A stretch of 64,000 nucleotides of DNA from an uncultured Chloroflexia bacterium (GTDB taxonomy: Bacteria; Chloroflexota; Limnocylindria; Limnocylindrales; CSP1-4): positions 55,159 to 119,158 of the forward strand of contig CAVRAX010000006.1 in the NCBI GenBank assembly GCA_963719145.1. The letters run 5' to 3'. Position 1 is the first letter of the stretch, and each line of letters starts with the position of its first letter. Below the pieces are notes generated by a model. The model did no database searches and was not told where the DNA came from. It was given only the letters and a program-made list of their open reading frames with translations. The translations under genes were made by a program, and so were the position numbers. This document shows, piece by piece, positions 8,495 to 19,615 of this stretch.

Positions 8495-8950
8495 TCAGTC
8501 GGGCCGGGTCACGACCAGTGGCGGCCCACCGACGGCGACGCGGTCGATCGCCGCGTTGGCGAGGGCGTCGGCGAGGCCGTTCTGGGCGCGCGGCACGTGG
8601 GCTGCGGTCCACCCGCCGGGGATGTCCCGGAGGAGGCGGAGAGCCTCGGCCCACAGCGGCCGGAGCTTGGCGTCCTTCACCCGCCAGCGCCCGTGGAGCT
8701 GCTCGACGATGAGGTTCGAATCGAGGAGCAGCTCCAGCCTGATCGCTCCGAGCGACGTGGCAAGCGCCAGCGCCCGGACGACGCCGGTGTACTCGGCCAC
8801 GTTGTTCGTCTGGATCCCGAGATACTCGGAGATCGTCGCGTCCGGGCGGGCCCCCGGATCGCGCGCGTCGGGGCGATCGAGGCGGAACAGGGCGGCCCCC
8901 GCTGAGGCCGGTCCGGGATTCCCCCGGGCGGCGCCGTCGGTCCGGATCAG
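8495..8950 (-). CDS. rnhA: ribonuclease H (RNase HI family); start codon unresolved
   Basis: IRTDGAARGNPGPASAG, NNVAEYTGVVRAL and RAQNGLADALAN match the RNase H catalytic core. No ATG/GTG/TTG lies between the sdhB stop (9067) and the catalytic Asp. 8950 is a CTG; the alternative is a TTG at 9169 inside sdhB. Confidence 0.7.
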   Translation of the reverse strand: MIRTDGAARGNPGPASAGAALFRLDRPDARDPGARPDATISEYLGIQTNNVAEYTGVVRALALATSLGAIRLELLLDSNLIVEQLHGRWRVKDAKLRPLWAEALRLLRDIPGGWTAAHVPRAQNGLADALANAAIDRVAVGGPPLVVTRPD

Positions 8951-9066
8951 GTAGCCGGGGCCGCTCGGTCGTCGACGGGCCGGGCCGTCTTCGCCGGCCG
9001 TCGCTCCAGGGCCGGCGCCGAAGCCGAAGTCGAGGGGATCGCCGCGGTCGGCCGCCGTGGGCCGGC

Positions 9067-9768
9067 CTACGTCCGACGCTCCACGATCGCCGAGCTCACC
9101 TCGAGGATCGCCTGGGTGATGTGGATGCCCCTCGGACAGGCGTCGGTGCAGTTGAAGATCGTCCGGCAACGCCAGACGCCGTCGTCGCCGGCCACGATCT
9201 CCAGCCGCTCTTCGGCTGCCTCGTCCCGTGAATCGAAGATGAAGCGATGGGCGCTCACGATCGCCGCCGGTCCCACGTAGGCGTCCTTTGCCCAGAAGGA
9301 CGGGCAGGAGGTCGTGCAGGCGGCGCACAGGATGCACTTCGTCGTGTCGTCGTACTTGGCCCTGTCGGCGGGCGACTGGCGTCGCTCACGCTCCGGCACC
9401 GGGCCGTCGTTGACGAGGAAGGGCATGACGCTGCGGTAGCTGGCGAAGAAGCCGTCCATGTCGACGACGAGGTCCTTGACGACCGGCAGGCCGGGCAACG
9501 GCGCGATCGTGATCCTGCGGCCGTGCTTCTCGATGCGCTCCTTGCAGGCGAGCCGGTTCCGGCCGTTGATAAGGAGAGCGTCGGAGCCGCAGATCCCGTG
9601 ACCGCACGAACGGCGGAAGGTCAGCGAGCCGTCCAGGTCGTACTTCACCCGATGGAGGAGGTCCAGGACGCGATCGGTCCGCGGGTCGGCGTCGACGCGG
9701 TAGTCCTGCCAGTGGGGCGCGGCATCGCGCTCGGGGTCGAAGCGGAGGATCCGGAGGTCGATCTGCAT
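9067..9768 (-). CDS. sdhB: succinate dehydrogenase iron-sulfur subunit
   Basis: Three Cys clusters are present (CGHGICGSD, CILCAACTTSCP, CRTIFNCTDACP). It follows sdhA. Confidence 0.95.
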   Translation of the reverse strand: MQIDLRILRFDPERDAAPHWQDYRVDADPRTDRVLDLLHRVKYDLDGSLTFRRSCGHGICGSDALLINGRNRLACKERIEKHGRRITIAPLPGLPVVKDLVVDMDGFFASYRSVMPFLVNDGPVPERERRQSPADRAKYDDTTKCILCAACTTSCPSFWAKDAYVGPAAIVSAHRFIFDSRDEAAEERLEIVAGDDGVWRCRTIFNCTDACPRGIHITQAILEVSSAIVERRT

Positions 9769-9776
9769 CGGCGGGC

Positions 9777-11522
9777 CTAGTACACGCGCGGCTTCGGCTG
9801 GAACTGGGTGATGGTCACCGGCTTCGTCCGCAGGGTCGGACCGCCGGGTGCCTGGTAGGCGAGGCTGTGGGCGAGCCAGTTGACGTCGTCTCGGTCCGGG
9901 TAGTCCTCCCGCGCGTGCGCGCCCCGCGTCTCCTTCCTTGCCAGCGCCGCCGCGACCGTCGCCTCGGCGCAGTCGAGGAGGTAGCCCAGCTCGCGGGCCT
10001 CGAGGAGATCCGTGTTGAAGGTCCGGCCCTTGTCGGCGACCGAGACGTGGCGGTAGCGGTCCCGGAGCTCCCCGACCTTCGCCTTCGCCTCGCTCAGGAG
10101 CGTCTCGTCCCGATAGACGCCCACCTTGTCCATCATCACGTCGGCCAGCTCGGCCCGGATCTTCGCGGCGTTCTGCCCGTTCGGTGCTGAGCGGATGCCC
10201 TCGAGCTCCGCGCGCGCCCGGTCATCCGCCCCGCGAGGCAGCTCGGGCATCGACGTGGTCCGGACGTCGGCCGCCATCCGGCGACCCGCGCGACGGCCGA
10301 ACACGAGCAGGTCGACGAGTGAGTTCGTGCCCAGCCGGTTCGCTCCGTGGACCGAGACGCAGGCGCACTCCCCCGCCGCGTAGAGGCCCGGCACGGCGGT
10401 GCCCCGCTCGTCGCGGATGACCCGGGTGTCGTTGTCGGTCGGGATGCCGCCCATCGCGTAATGGGCCGTCGGCTGGATCGGGACGGGCTCGGTCAGCGGC
10501 TCCACGCCGAGGTAGACCCGGGCGAAGTCGGTGATGTCCGGGAGCTTCTCCTCGATGACGGCGCGGCCCAGGTGGTGGACGTCGAGGTAGACGTAGTCCT
10601 TGCCCTCGACGCCGCGACCGTCCCGGATCTCGAGGTAGATGGAACGGCTCACGATGTCGCGCGGGGCCAGGTCCAGCATGGTCGGCGCGTAGCGCTCCAT
10701 GAACCGCTCGCCGAGGCCGTTGAGGAGGATCCCTCCTTCGCCGCGGGCCGCCTCCGACAGGAGGATCCCGATCCCGTAGATGCCGGTCGGATGGAACTGG
10801 TAGAACTCCATGTCCTGCATGGGCACGCCGTGACGGTAGGCCAGGGCGATCCCGTCGCCGGTCAGCGACCACGCGTTCGAGGTGATCCTGAAGAGGCGCC
10901 CGTAGCCGCCGGTCGCGAGGAGGACGGCCTTGGCGCCGATCGTGACGAGCTCGCCGTCGGCGATCCGGTAGGCCACGACGCCGGCGGCCCGACCACGCGA
11001 CCCGAGGTCCCCGCCGTCGGAGAGGAGGTCGACGACGTGGTACTCGTCGTAGAACTTGACGCCGAGCTTGACACACTGCTGGTAGAGGGTCTGGAGGATC
11101 ATGTGGCCGGTCCGATCGGCCGCGTAGCAGGCGCGCCGAACGGGCCCTTCGCCGAAGTTCCGGGTGTGCCCGCCGAATCGGCGCTGGTCGATCCGACCGT
11201 CCGGGGTCCGGTTGAAGGGCAGGCCCATGTGCTCGAGCTCGATCACGGTCTCGATCGCCTCGCGGGCCAGGATCTCGGCCGCGTCCTGGTCGACGAGGTA
11301 GTCGCCGCCCTTGATCGTGTCGAACATGTGCCACTCCCACTGGTCTTCCTCCTGGTTGCCGAGCGCAGCGCAGACGCCGCCCTGGGCAGCCCCGGTGTGG
11401 GAGCGGGTGGGATAGAGCTTCGTGAGGACTGCCGCGTCGACACCGGCCTTCGCCAGCTCGAGCGCGGCCCACAGCCCGGCGCCGCCGGCGCCCACGATCA
11501 ACGCGTCGTGCTCGATCCGCAT
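9777..11522 (-). CDS. sdhA: succinate dehydrogenase flavoprotein subunit
   Basis: [13 protein letters not shown] fold, [10 protein letters not shown] (covalent FAD His) and HPTG motifs; 581 aa. Confidence 0.97.
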   Translation of the reverse strand: MRIEHDALIVGAGGAGLWAALELAKAGVDAAVLTKLYPTRSHTGAAQGGVCAALGNQEEDQWEWHMFDTIKGGDYLVDQDAAEILAREAIETVIELEHMGLPFNRTPDGRIDQRRFGGHTRNFGEGPVRRACYAADRTGHMILQTLYQQCVKLGVKFYDEYHVVDLLSDGGDLGSRGRAAGVVAYRIADGELVTIGAKAVLLATGGYGRLFRITSNAWSLTGDGIALAYRHGVPMQDMEFYQFHPTGIYGIGILLSEAARGEGGILLNGLGERFMERYAPTMLDLAPRDIVSRSIYLEIRDGRGVEGKDYVYLDVHHLGRAVIEEKLPDITDFARVYLGVEPLTEPVPIQPTAHYAMGGIPTDNDTRVIRDERGTAVPGLYAAGECACVSVHGANRLGTNSLVDLLVFGRRAGRRMAADVRTTSMPELPRGADDRARAELEGIRSAPNGQNAAKIRAELADVMMDKVGVYRDETLLSEAKAKVGELRDRYRHVSVADKGRTFNTDLLEARELGYLLDCAEATVAAALARKETRGAHAREDYPDRDDVNWLAHSLAYQAPGGPTLRTKPVTITQFQPKPRVY

Positions 11523-11526
11523 CGGA

Positions 11527-11916
11527 TCAGCTCGGGACCACGGGCAGGGTCATGACGACGAGCGTGCCGAGGACGAAGAGCGCGCCCGCGAGCAGGTAGA
11601 GGCCCGTCAGCAGGAACGTCCGGAGCCCGCCTCCCGCGTAGTCGACGACGACCGTCCGGACGCCCATGAAGGCGTGGAACAGGACGAGCATCAGGAGTGA
11701 CCAGTCGAAGGCCCGCCAGAAGAGGCTGCTCCAGCGGACCTGGGCGATCCAGGACGCGTCCTGCTGGGCCGGGTCGTAGAGGACGTGGAGGATGAGGAAG
11801 TGGGTCAGGGCCAGCACGAAGAGCGCTATTCCGCTGACCCGCATGAGGTACCAGATCATGAGCTCCAGGCCGCCGCCGGGACGGGTGCGGCCGGCCCGCG
11901 TGTACCGAGCGCTCAT
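11527..11916 (-). CDS. sdhD: succinate dehydrogenase membrane anchor subunit
   Basis: 129 aa with three predicted TM helices. It lies between sdhC and sdhA, and its start overlaps the sdhC stop. Confidence 0.75.
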   Translation of the reverse strand: MSARYTRAGRTRPGGGLELMIWYLMRVSGIALFVLALTHFLILHVLYDPAQQDASWIAQVRWSSLFWRAFDWSLLMLVLFHAFMGVRTVVVDYAGGGLRTFLLTGLYLLAGALFVLGTLVVMTLPVVPS

Positions 11917-12311
11917 GACGGCGCGCCCTCCCAGATCGGCTTGAGGATGATGTAGGCGACCGGCAGGCCGACGAGAACGAAGATCGTCCAGCAGATGTAC
12001 CAGATCTGGCGGTGGTAGCGGGTCAGCGGCGGCCAGAAGTCCATGACGATCACCCGCAGGCCGTTCAGGGCGTGGTACAGGAGCGCCGCCCCAAGGAGCG
12101 CCTCGAGGACCCGCCCGATCGGGCTGGCGTAGATCGCGAGCAGCTCGTTGTAGGCCTCCGGGTTGCCCCCGACGAGGTAGATGTCGATGACGTGGAGGAC
12201 GACGAACGCCCAGACGGCGATTCCGGAGATCCGATGAAAGGCCCAGGCCAGCATTCCCGGCCCGCCCCGGTAGCGCAGCAGCATTCGTCCTCCGGCGGTC
12301 GAGGTGGACAC
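11913..12311 (-). CDS. sdhC: succinate dehydrogenase cytochrome b subunit
   Basis: 132 aa with three TM helices and a conserved His (FHRISGIAV). GTG start; first gene of the sdh set. Confidence 0.8.
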   Translation of the reverse strand: MSTSTAGGRMLLRYRGGPGMLAWAFHRISGIAVWAFVVLHVIDIYLVGGNPEAYNELLAIYASPIGRVLEALLGAALLYHALNGLRVIVMDFWPPLTRYHRQIWYICWTIFVLVGLPVAYIILKPIWEGAPS

Positions 12312-12338
12312 CTCAGGCGGACTGGGCGCTCGAGCCCA

Positions 12339-13364
12339 TCAGGCCGAGGCCGGTGCGCCGGTCGCAAGGCGCTCCACGATGGCGTCGGCGAACTGGCTCG
12401 TGCCGGCGGTCCCGCCGAGGTCGTAGGTCACGGCCGCGCCCTCGGCGATCACGTCGCGGACCGCCTCCTCGACGCGGACCGCGACGTCCGGGTAGCCAAG
12501 ATGCCGGAGCATCAGGGCACCCGACAGGATCATCGCGGTCGGATTGGCCTTGTTCTGACCGGCGTACTTCGGCGCCGAGCCGTGGACCGGCTCGAAGACC
12601 GCCCCGTCGTCGCCGATGTTCGCCCCCGGGGCCACGCCGAGCCCGCCGACGAGCCCGGCGCACAGGTCCGAGATGATGTCGCCGTAGAGGTTCGGCAGGA
12701 CGAGGACGTCGTAGAGCTCCGGCTTCTGGACGAGCTGCATGCACATGTTGTCGACGATCCGGTCCTCGAACTCCACCCGGCCCTCGTAGGCGGCTGCGAC
12801 CCGGCGGCAGGACTCGAGGAAGAGGCCGTCGGACAGCTTCATGATGTTGGCCTTGTGGACCGCCGTGACCTTGCGGCGCCCGTTCGAGACGGCGTATTCG
12901 AAGGCGAAGCGGGCGATCCGCTCCGAGGCGGCCCGGGTGATGATCTTGATGCTCTCGGCGGCATCAGGGCCGACCATGTGCTCGATGCCGGCGTAGAGGT
13001 CCTCGGTGTTCTCGCGGACGATGACAAGATCGACGTCGTCGTAGCGGGTCTCGAGGCCCCGGATGGATCGGGCCGGGCGGAGGTTGGCGTACAGGCCGAG
13101 CGTCTGGCGAAGCGTGACGTTGACGCTCCGGAAGCCCTCCCCGACCGGCGTCGTGATCGGGCCCTTGAGGGCGATCTTGTTGCGCCGGATCGAGTCGAGG
13201 ACGTAGTCCGGGAGCGGCGTTCCGAACTCGGCGATGCAGGCTTCGCCGGCGTCGACGACCTCCCAGTCGAAGTCGACCCCCGAGGCGTCGAGAACGCGCC
13301 TCGTCGCCTCCGCCAGCTCCGGACCGATGCCGTCGCCGGGGATGAGAGTGACTCGGTGGGCCAT
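12339..13364 (-). CDS. NAD-type isocitrate dehydrogenase-like (isocitrate/isopropylmalate dehydrogenase family)
   Basis: [33 protein letters not shown] and [10 protein letters not shown] motifs; 341 aa. TCA-gene neighbourhood. Substrate is not provable from sequence alone. Confidence 0.8.
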   Translation of the reverse strand: MAHRVTLIPGDGIGPELAEATRRVLDASGVDFDWEVVDAGEACIAEFGTPLPDYVLDSIRRNKIALKGPITTPVGEGFRSVNVTLRQTLGLYANLRPARSIRGLETRYDDVDLVIVRENTEDLYAGIEHMVGPDAAESIKIITRAASERIARFAFEYAVSNGRRKVTAVHKANIMKLSDGLFLESCRRVAAAYEGRVEFEDRIVDNMCMQLVQKPELYDVLVLPNLYGDIISDLCAGLVGGLGVAPGANIGDDGAVFEPVHGSAPKYAGQNKANPTAMILSGALMLRHLGYPDVAVRVEEAVRDVIAEGAAVTYDLGGTAGTSQFADAIVERLATGAPASA

Positions 13365-13370
13365 GGGGCC

Positions 13371-13376
13371 ATTCTA
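13371..13376 (-). promoter_or_regulatory. -10 (TAGAAT) giving a leaderless icd-like mRNA
   Basis: The minus-strand TAGAAT ends exactly 6 nt before the ATG at 13364. Confidence 0.5.
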
Positions 13377-13517
13377 GCGACGCGCCCGGGGCACCGCCCG
13401 AGCCCGAACGGCCCACGCCGACCGGGCCGAGCGGCACCTGATCACTCGGCCGCTCGATGCGGCCGGCCGGCCCGGACCGGACCCGACCGGCGACCCGGAC
13501 GCGACCGGCGACGCGGC

Positions 13518-13523
13518 TAGACT
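13518..13523 (+). promoter_or_regulatory. -10 (TAGACT) giving a leaderless LLM-oxidoreductase mRNA
   Basis: TAGACT ends exactly 6 nt before the ATG at 13530. Confidence 0.5.
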
Positions 13524-13529
13524 CGGCCG

Positions 13530-14423
13530 ATGCGAATCGGCGTTACCCTCCCGATGGCCGACGGCGACGCGCCCGACGGCCGCGCCCCCACCTACGAGGC
13601 GACGCTGGCCTTCGCCCGCCTGGCGGAGGCCGCGGGGCTCGACTCGATCTGGGCCTTCGACCACCTGATCTTCCGCATCCGCGACGAGCCCGACGGCGGG
13701 GTCCGCGAGGGCTGGACGACGCTGGCGGCGATCGCCGCGGTCGTGCCCCGGGTGAAGCTCGGCACGCTCGTGATGTGCTCGTCGTTCCGGAACCCGGCGC
13801 TCATGGCGAAGATGGCCGCGACCCTCGACGACCTCGCCGGCGGGCGGCTGATCCTCGGGCTCGGGTCGGGCTGGCACGATCCCGAGTACCGGGCCTTCGG
13901 CTATCCCACGGACCACAAGGTTGGGCGGTTCGCGGAGGACCTCGAGATCACGGCCCGGCTCGTGCGCGGCGAGCAGGTCAGCTTCGACGGCCGCTGGCGC
14001 ACCGTCGCCGATGCCATCCTTGTCCCCGCGCCGGGTCGACGCCTGCCGATCCTCATCGCGGCCAAAGGCCCCCGGATGCTCCGCCTCACCGCCGAGTGGG
14101 CCGACGCCTGGAACACGGCCTGGTTCGGGCGAGTCGACGATCGGCTGCGGTCGAGGCTGACGGCCCTGGAGACGGCCTGTGCCGCCGCCGGCCGCGATCC
14201 GGCGACGGTCCGGCGGACCGTCGGCATCCGTTTCTATGAGCCCGACGCCGGCCGTGACGACCCGACCGGGCTGGACGCATCGGCCGAGGGTCTGGCCGCC
14301 TTCTTCGACGAGCTCGCCGCCCTCCGCATCGACGACGCCATCATCTGGGCGATGCCGAAGTCGGCCGCGATGATCGAGCGGATCGCGACCGCGCGATCGG
14401 TCCATCTCGCCTCATCGGGCTGA
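13530..14423 (+). CDS. luciferase-like monooxygenase (LLM) family oxidoreductase, possibly F420-dependent
   Basis: MRIGVTLP..., LDSIWAFDHL, LILGLGSGWH and FDGRW motifs are typical of the LLM/F420 class; 297 aa. Confidence 0.8.
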   Translation: MRIGVTLPMADGDAPDGRAPTYEATLAFARLAEAAGLDSIWAFDHLIFRIRDEPDGGVREGWTTLAAIAAVVPRVKLGTLVMCSSFRNPALMAKMAATLDDLAGGRLILGLGSGWHDPEYRAFGYPTDHKVGRFAEDLEITARLVRGEQVSFDGRWRTVADAILVPAPGRRLPILIAAKGPRMLRLTAEWADAWNTAWFGRVDDRLRSRLTALETACAAAGRDPATVRRTVGIRFYEPDAGRDDPTGLDASAEGLAAFFDELAALRIDDAIIWAMPKSAAMIERIATARSVHLASSG

Positions 14424-14459
14424 GGCCGCCGGCCGCGGACTCCGCCGCTGGCGCTCGGC

Positions 14460-14465
14460 TACGAT
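14460..14465 (+). promoter_or_regulatory. -10 (TACGAT) giving a leaderless sucC mRNA
   Basis: TACGAT ends exactly 6 nt before the GTG at 14472. Confidence 0.5.
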
Positions 14466-14471
14466 GGACCC

Positions 14472-15665
14472 GTGAAGATCCAGGAAGCCGATGCCAAGGC
14501 CCTGCTGGCCGCCCAGGGCCTGCCGGTCCCACCATGGGAGGTCGCCCGGACGCCGACCCAGGCCCGGTCCGCGGCGGTCAAGTTCCTTGCCGATCCGGCC
14601 AACGCCACGGGCAAGGTCGTCATCAAGGCCCAGGTCCTCGTCGGCGGTCGGGGCAAGGCCGGCGGTGTGAAGCTGGCCGGCTCGGCGGACGAGGCGGAGG
14701 ACGTCGCGGCCCAGATCCTGGCCCTCGAGATCAAGGGCCTGCCCGTCCGTCGCGTCCTCGTGGGGCCGGCCGCCGAGATCGTCAGCGAGTACTACCTCTC
14801 CGTGCTCCTCGACCGCGGCTCGAAACGATTGATGTTCATCGGCTCGGCCGAGGGCGGCGTGGAGATCGAACAGGTCGCGAAGGACAATCCGGGGGCGATC
14901 GTCTACGAGCGCGTCGACCCCCTTCTGGGCCTCGGCGGGCTGCCCGACTACGTCGCCCGCGAGCTGGCCTTCAAGATCGGCTTCGGGCCGCACTGGAAGG
15001 CCGGCGCCGCGATCGCGAAGGGCCTCCTCCAGACGATGCTCGCGAACGACGCCGACCTCGTCGAGATCAACCCGCTCGCGGTCATCCGCGAGCACGGCGC
15101 CCAGGGAGCCCCGGTCGACCGGCTCGTCTGCCTCGACGCCAAGATCACCCTCGACGACTCGGCCCTGATGCGCCATCCGGGCCACGAGGCGCTCCGGGAT
15201 CTCGACGCCGAGGACCCGGCCGACGTCGAGGCCCGCCGCTACGACCTGACGTTCATCAAGCTCGACGGCGACATCGGCTGCATGGTCAACGGTGCCGGCC
15301 TGGCGATGACGACGATGGACCTGGTGAAACGGGCGGGGGGCGAGCCGGCGAACTTCCTCGACATCGGCGGCGGGGCCAAGGCCGACCGGGTCGCGGCGGC
15401 GATGCGGCTGATCCTCGAGGACCCCAACGTCAAGGCGATCCTGGTGAACATCTTCGGCGGCATCACCCGCGGTGACGAGGTCGCCCGGGGGCTGATCGAG
15501 GCCCGGGCCCAGCAGGAGCGGGACGTCCCGATGGTCGTCCGGATCGTCGGGACGAACGCGGCCGAGGCAGCCGAGCTGCTCCGGGCCGCCAAGTTCGAGA
15601 CGGCCACGACGATCGACGACGCCGCGGCCAAGGCGGTCGCCGCGGCCCGGGCGACGGTCGCATGA
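14472..15665 (+). CDS. sucC: succinyl-CoA ligase beta subunit
   Basis: [13 protein letters not shown]..., [18 protein letters not shown] and [13 protein letters not shown] motifs; 397 aa. Confidence 0.97.
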   Translation: MKIQEADAKALLAAQGLPVPPWEVARTPTQARSAAVKFLADPANATGKVVIKAQVLVGGRGKAGGVKLAGSADEAEDVAAQILALEIKGLPVRRVLVGPAAEIVSEYYLSVLLDRGSKRLMFIGSAEGGVEIEQVAKDNPGAIVYERVDPLLGLGGLPDYVARELAFKIGFGPHWKAGAAIAKGLLQTMLANDADLVEINPLAVIREHGAQGAPVDRLVCLDAKITLDDSALMRHPGHEALRDLDAEDPADVEARRYDLTFIKLDGDIGCMVNGAGLAMTTMDLVKRAGGEPANFLDIGGGAKADRVAAAMRLILEDPNVKAILVNIFGGITRGDEVARGLIEARAQQERDVPMVVRIVGTNAAEAAELLRAAKFETATTIDDAAAKAVAAARATVA

Positions 15666-16546
15666 GCATCCTCATCGGGCGCGACACGCGGCTCGTCGTC
15701 CACGGCATCACCGGCCGGGAGGGCACCTTCCACTCCCTGTCGATGCAGGAGTACGGCACGAACATCGTTGCCGGGATGACCCCCGGCAAGGGCGGCCAGA
15801 AGGCCCTCGAAGGGACAGTTCCCGTCTTCAACACGGTCGCTGAGGCGGTGGCCGAGACGGGCGCGAACACGTCCTGCATCTTCGTGCCGGCTCCGGGCGC
15901 GCCGGATTCGATCCTCGAGGCAGTCGCGGCCGGGATCAAGACGATCTTCTGCATCACCGAGGGAATCCCCGCCCTCGACATGGTCCCGGTCGTCGAGGAG
16001 GTCCGCCTCGCCGGCGCCCGCCTCATCGGCCCGAACTGCCCCGGCGCCACGTCGCCCGGCCGGGCCAAGGTCGGGATCATCCCCGGCTCGATCCACCGCG
16101 AGGGCCGGGTCGGCGTCGTCTCGCGCTCCGGGACGCTCACCTACGAGGCCGTCCAGGCGATGACCGATGCCGGCCTCGGCCAGTCGACCTGCATCGGGAT
16201 CGGCGGCGATCCCGTCATCGGGACCCAGTTCCTCGAGGTCCTCAAGCTCTTCAGCGCCGATCCCGAGACCGAGGCGCTCGTCCTCATCGGCGAGATCGGT
16301 GGAGCGGCCGAGGAGGAAGCCGCCGCCTGGGCCGCCGAGCACCTGGCCGATATCCCGAAGGTCGCCTTCATCGCCGGCCGGACGGCCCCGGAGGGCAAGC
16401 GGATGGGCCATGCCGGGGCGATCATCTCGGGCGGCTCGGGGACGGCCGCCTCGAAGGTGACGGCCCTCGAGGCCGCCGGATTCCGGGTCGCCGGATCCCC
16501 CACCGAGCTGCCCACCCTCCTCCGCGACGCCGGCTACCGCGGCTGA
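15662..16546 (+). CDS. sucD: succinyl-CoA ligase alpha subunit
   Basis: [19 protein letters not shown] and GHAGAII (phospho-His) motifs. Its start overlaps the sucC stop. Confidence 0.97.
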   Translation: MSILIGRDTRLVVHGITGREGTFHSLSMQEYGTNIVAGMTPGKGGQKALEGTVPVFNTVAEAVAETGANTSCIFVPAPGAPDSILEAVAAGIKTIFCITEGIPALDMVPVVEEVRLAGARLIGPNCPGATSPGRAKVGIIPGSIHREGRVGVVSRSGTLTYEAVQAMTDAGLGQSTCIGIGGDPVIGTQFLEVLKLFSADPETEALVLIGEIGGAAEEEAAAWAAEHLADIPKVAFIAGRTAPEGKRMGHAGAIISGGSGTAASKVTALEAAGFRVAGSPTELPTLLRDAGYRG

Positions 16547-16575
16547 GACCCGTTGGCGCCGCGTCAGGGGTCCTG

Positions 16576-17046
16576 ATGGGCTTCCTCATGGACCTCATCG
16601 CCGGCGAGAGTCGGGCGATCCTGCTGGCCCTCAGCTTGGAGGACTGGGCCAGCCTGGATGATCCGGCGCGCTTCGATGGCCATGTCGCCCTCGGCGGGGC
16701 GATGGACCCGACCTGGCTCGACCGCTTCAGCGAGGCCGTCCGCCACGTCACCCGGGCCGATGAGCCGATCGACTTCCTCGATGCCCGCCTGGAGCTCGCC
16801 GGGCCGGGCGACGGCGGGGACCGGACGGTCGAGCGCGTGGATCCAGCGTGGATCAGCGGGATCGCCCGGGTCGCGGACCAGGACATCGATGCCGTCGCCG
16901 GCCGCTGGATCGAGCTCGTCGAGGAGGAGCTCGGGCCCCTGCCCCGCGAGGAGAAACCGTGGATCCGCCAGGTGGCGGCTCAGCTGGTGGACTTCGCTCG
17001 CCGGGCCGACCGCTCCCCGGCCGTCATGCTCGCCTGGTCGCTCTGA
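16576..17046 (+). CDS. hypothetical acidic protein (156 aa)
   Basis: ATG ORF with coding-like composition. No family recognised. The 3' end overlaps the 3' end of the epimerase gene by 67 nt. Confidence 0.45.
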   Translation: MGFLMDLIAGESRAILLALSLEDWASLDDPARFDGHVALGGAMDPTWLDRFSEAVRHVTRADEPIDFLDARLELAGPGDGGDRTVERVDPAWISGIARVADQDIDAVAGRWIELVEEELGPLPREEKPWIRQVAAQLVDFARRADRSPAVMLAWSL

Positions 17047-17513
17047 GGCGGCGTCATCCCGAGCGTCGTCCAGGATGGCCCGCCGGGGGCCTCGATGAGC
17101 TCGACCAGAACGCCCCCGCACGAGCGCGGGTGGATGAACGCCACCGGGCCCTCGGCCCCGCGCCGCGGTGCGCTGTCGATGAGCTCGAGGCCCTCGATCC
17201 CGAGCCGCGTCAGCTCCTCCGACAGGTTCGCCACCTCGAGGCAGACGTGGTGGAAGCCCTCGCCCTTCGAGGCCAGGAAGCGGGCCACCCCGGTCGAGCC
17301 ATCGGTCGGCTCGACCAGCTCGACCCTCGATTCCCCGACCTCGAGGAAGGCGATCCGGACCCCGTCGGACGGGATGTCCGTGATCGTCTCGAGGCTGAGG
17401 CCGAGGTAGTCGCGCCAGAGCAGCGCGCTGGCCTCGATCGAGCGGACCACCAGGGCGACGTGGTGGATCCGCGTCGGGCCGCGGACGACAGGCCGGGGCG
17501 CCTCCCTGCGCAA
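16980..17513 (-). CDS. mce: methylmalonyl-CoA epimerase (VOC/glyoxalase fold)
   Basis: IHHVALVV, GVRIAFLEVGESRVELVEP, GEGFHHVCLEV and AFIHP are typical. TTG start 6 nt after GGAGG. Confidence 0.85.
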   Translation of the reverse strand: MRREAPRPVVRGPTRIHHVALVVRSIEASALLWRDYLGLSLETITDIPSDGVRIAFLEVGESRVELVEPTDGSTGVARFLASKGEGFHHVCLEVANLSEELTRLGIEGLELIDSAPRRGAEGPVAFIHPRSCGGVLVELIEAPGGPSWTTLGMTPPQSDQASMTAGERSARRAKSTS

Positions 17514-17666
17514 CCGTCACCTCCACGGATCGCGGCGCCACGGTGGCCCCGGCGGACGGACGATACCCGCCCGCTCGCGCCGGCGCCAGCCCCGATCGGG
17601 CGCGGGCCCGTCAGATCGAACGTTCGCGGACGACCCGGGCCACGTCCAGGCGCCGGATCGTCCCGC

Positions 17667-17876
17667 CAGCCCCGGGTTCACGCCGGCCCGCTCGGCCAGC
17701 GCTCGGGTCGTGGCGGCCGATCAGCCGCCCTCGGCGATCAGGTCCGACGCCGCCGCGAGGATCCGCGCCCTGGTCGCAGCACCGCGATCCTCCGAGCGGC
17801 CCCCCGGGTCGGCGGCGGGCCCTGAGCCGGGGCCGGGGCCGGGGCCGCATCGCGATTGGGCATCAGCCTTAGGCAT
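17667..17876 (-). pseudogene. TetR-family regulator remnant with an in-frame TGA and truncation
   Basis: From the ATG at 17876 it reads MPKADAQ...RGAATRARILAAASDLIAEGG, then TGA (17723-17721), then SAATTRALAERAGVNPGL in the same frame. That is a TetR_N helix-turn-helix split by a stop. Only about 119 codons fit before mce, so the ligand domain is missing. Confidence 0.55.
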
Positions 17877-17908
17877 GTGCCCGATCTGCCATGATTGTTG
17901 CCAGGTGG

Positions 17909-19597
<1,689 letters not shown>

Positions 19598-19615
19598 GCG
19601 CCCTCCCGCCGATCG

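Noticed and set aside
17514-17908. Cobalamin riboswitch or other structured leader between the B12-dependent mutase and the epimerase
   Set aside because: I found no B12-box-like core. The interval instead translates into a TetR helix-turn-helix with an in-frame stop, so I treat it as a pseudogene. I also rejected TGA recoding or selenocysteine, because there is no supporting context and the frame is too short for a full TetR.
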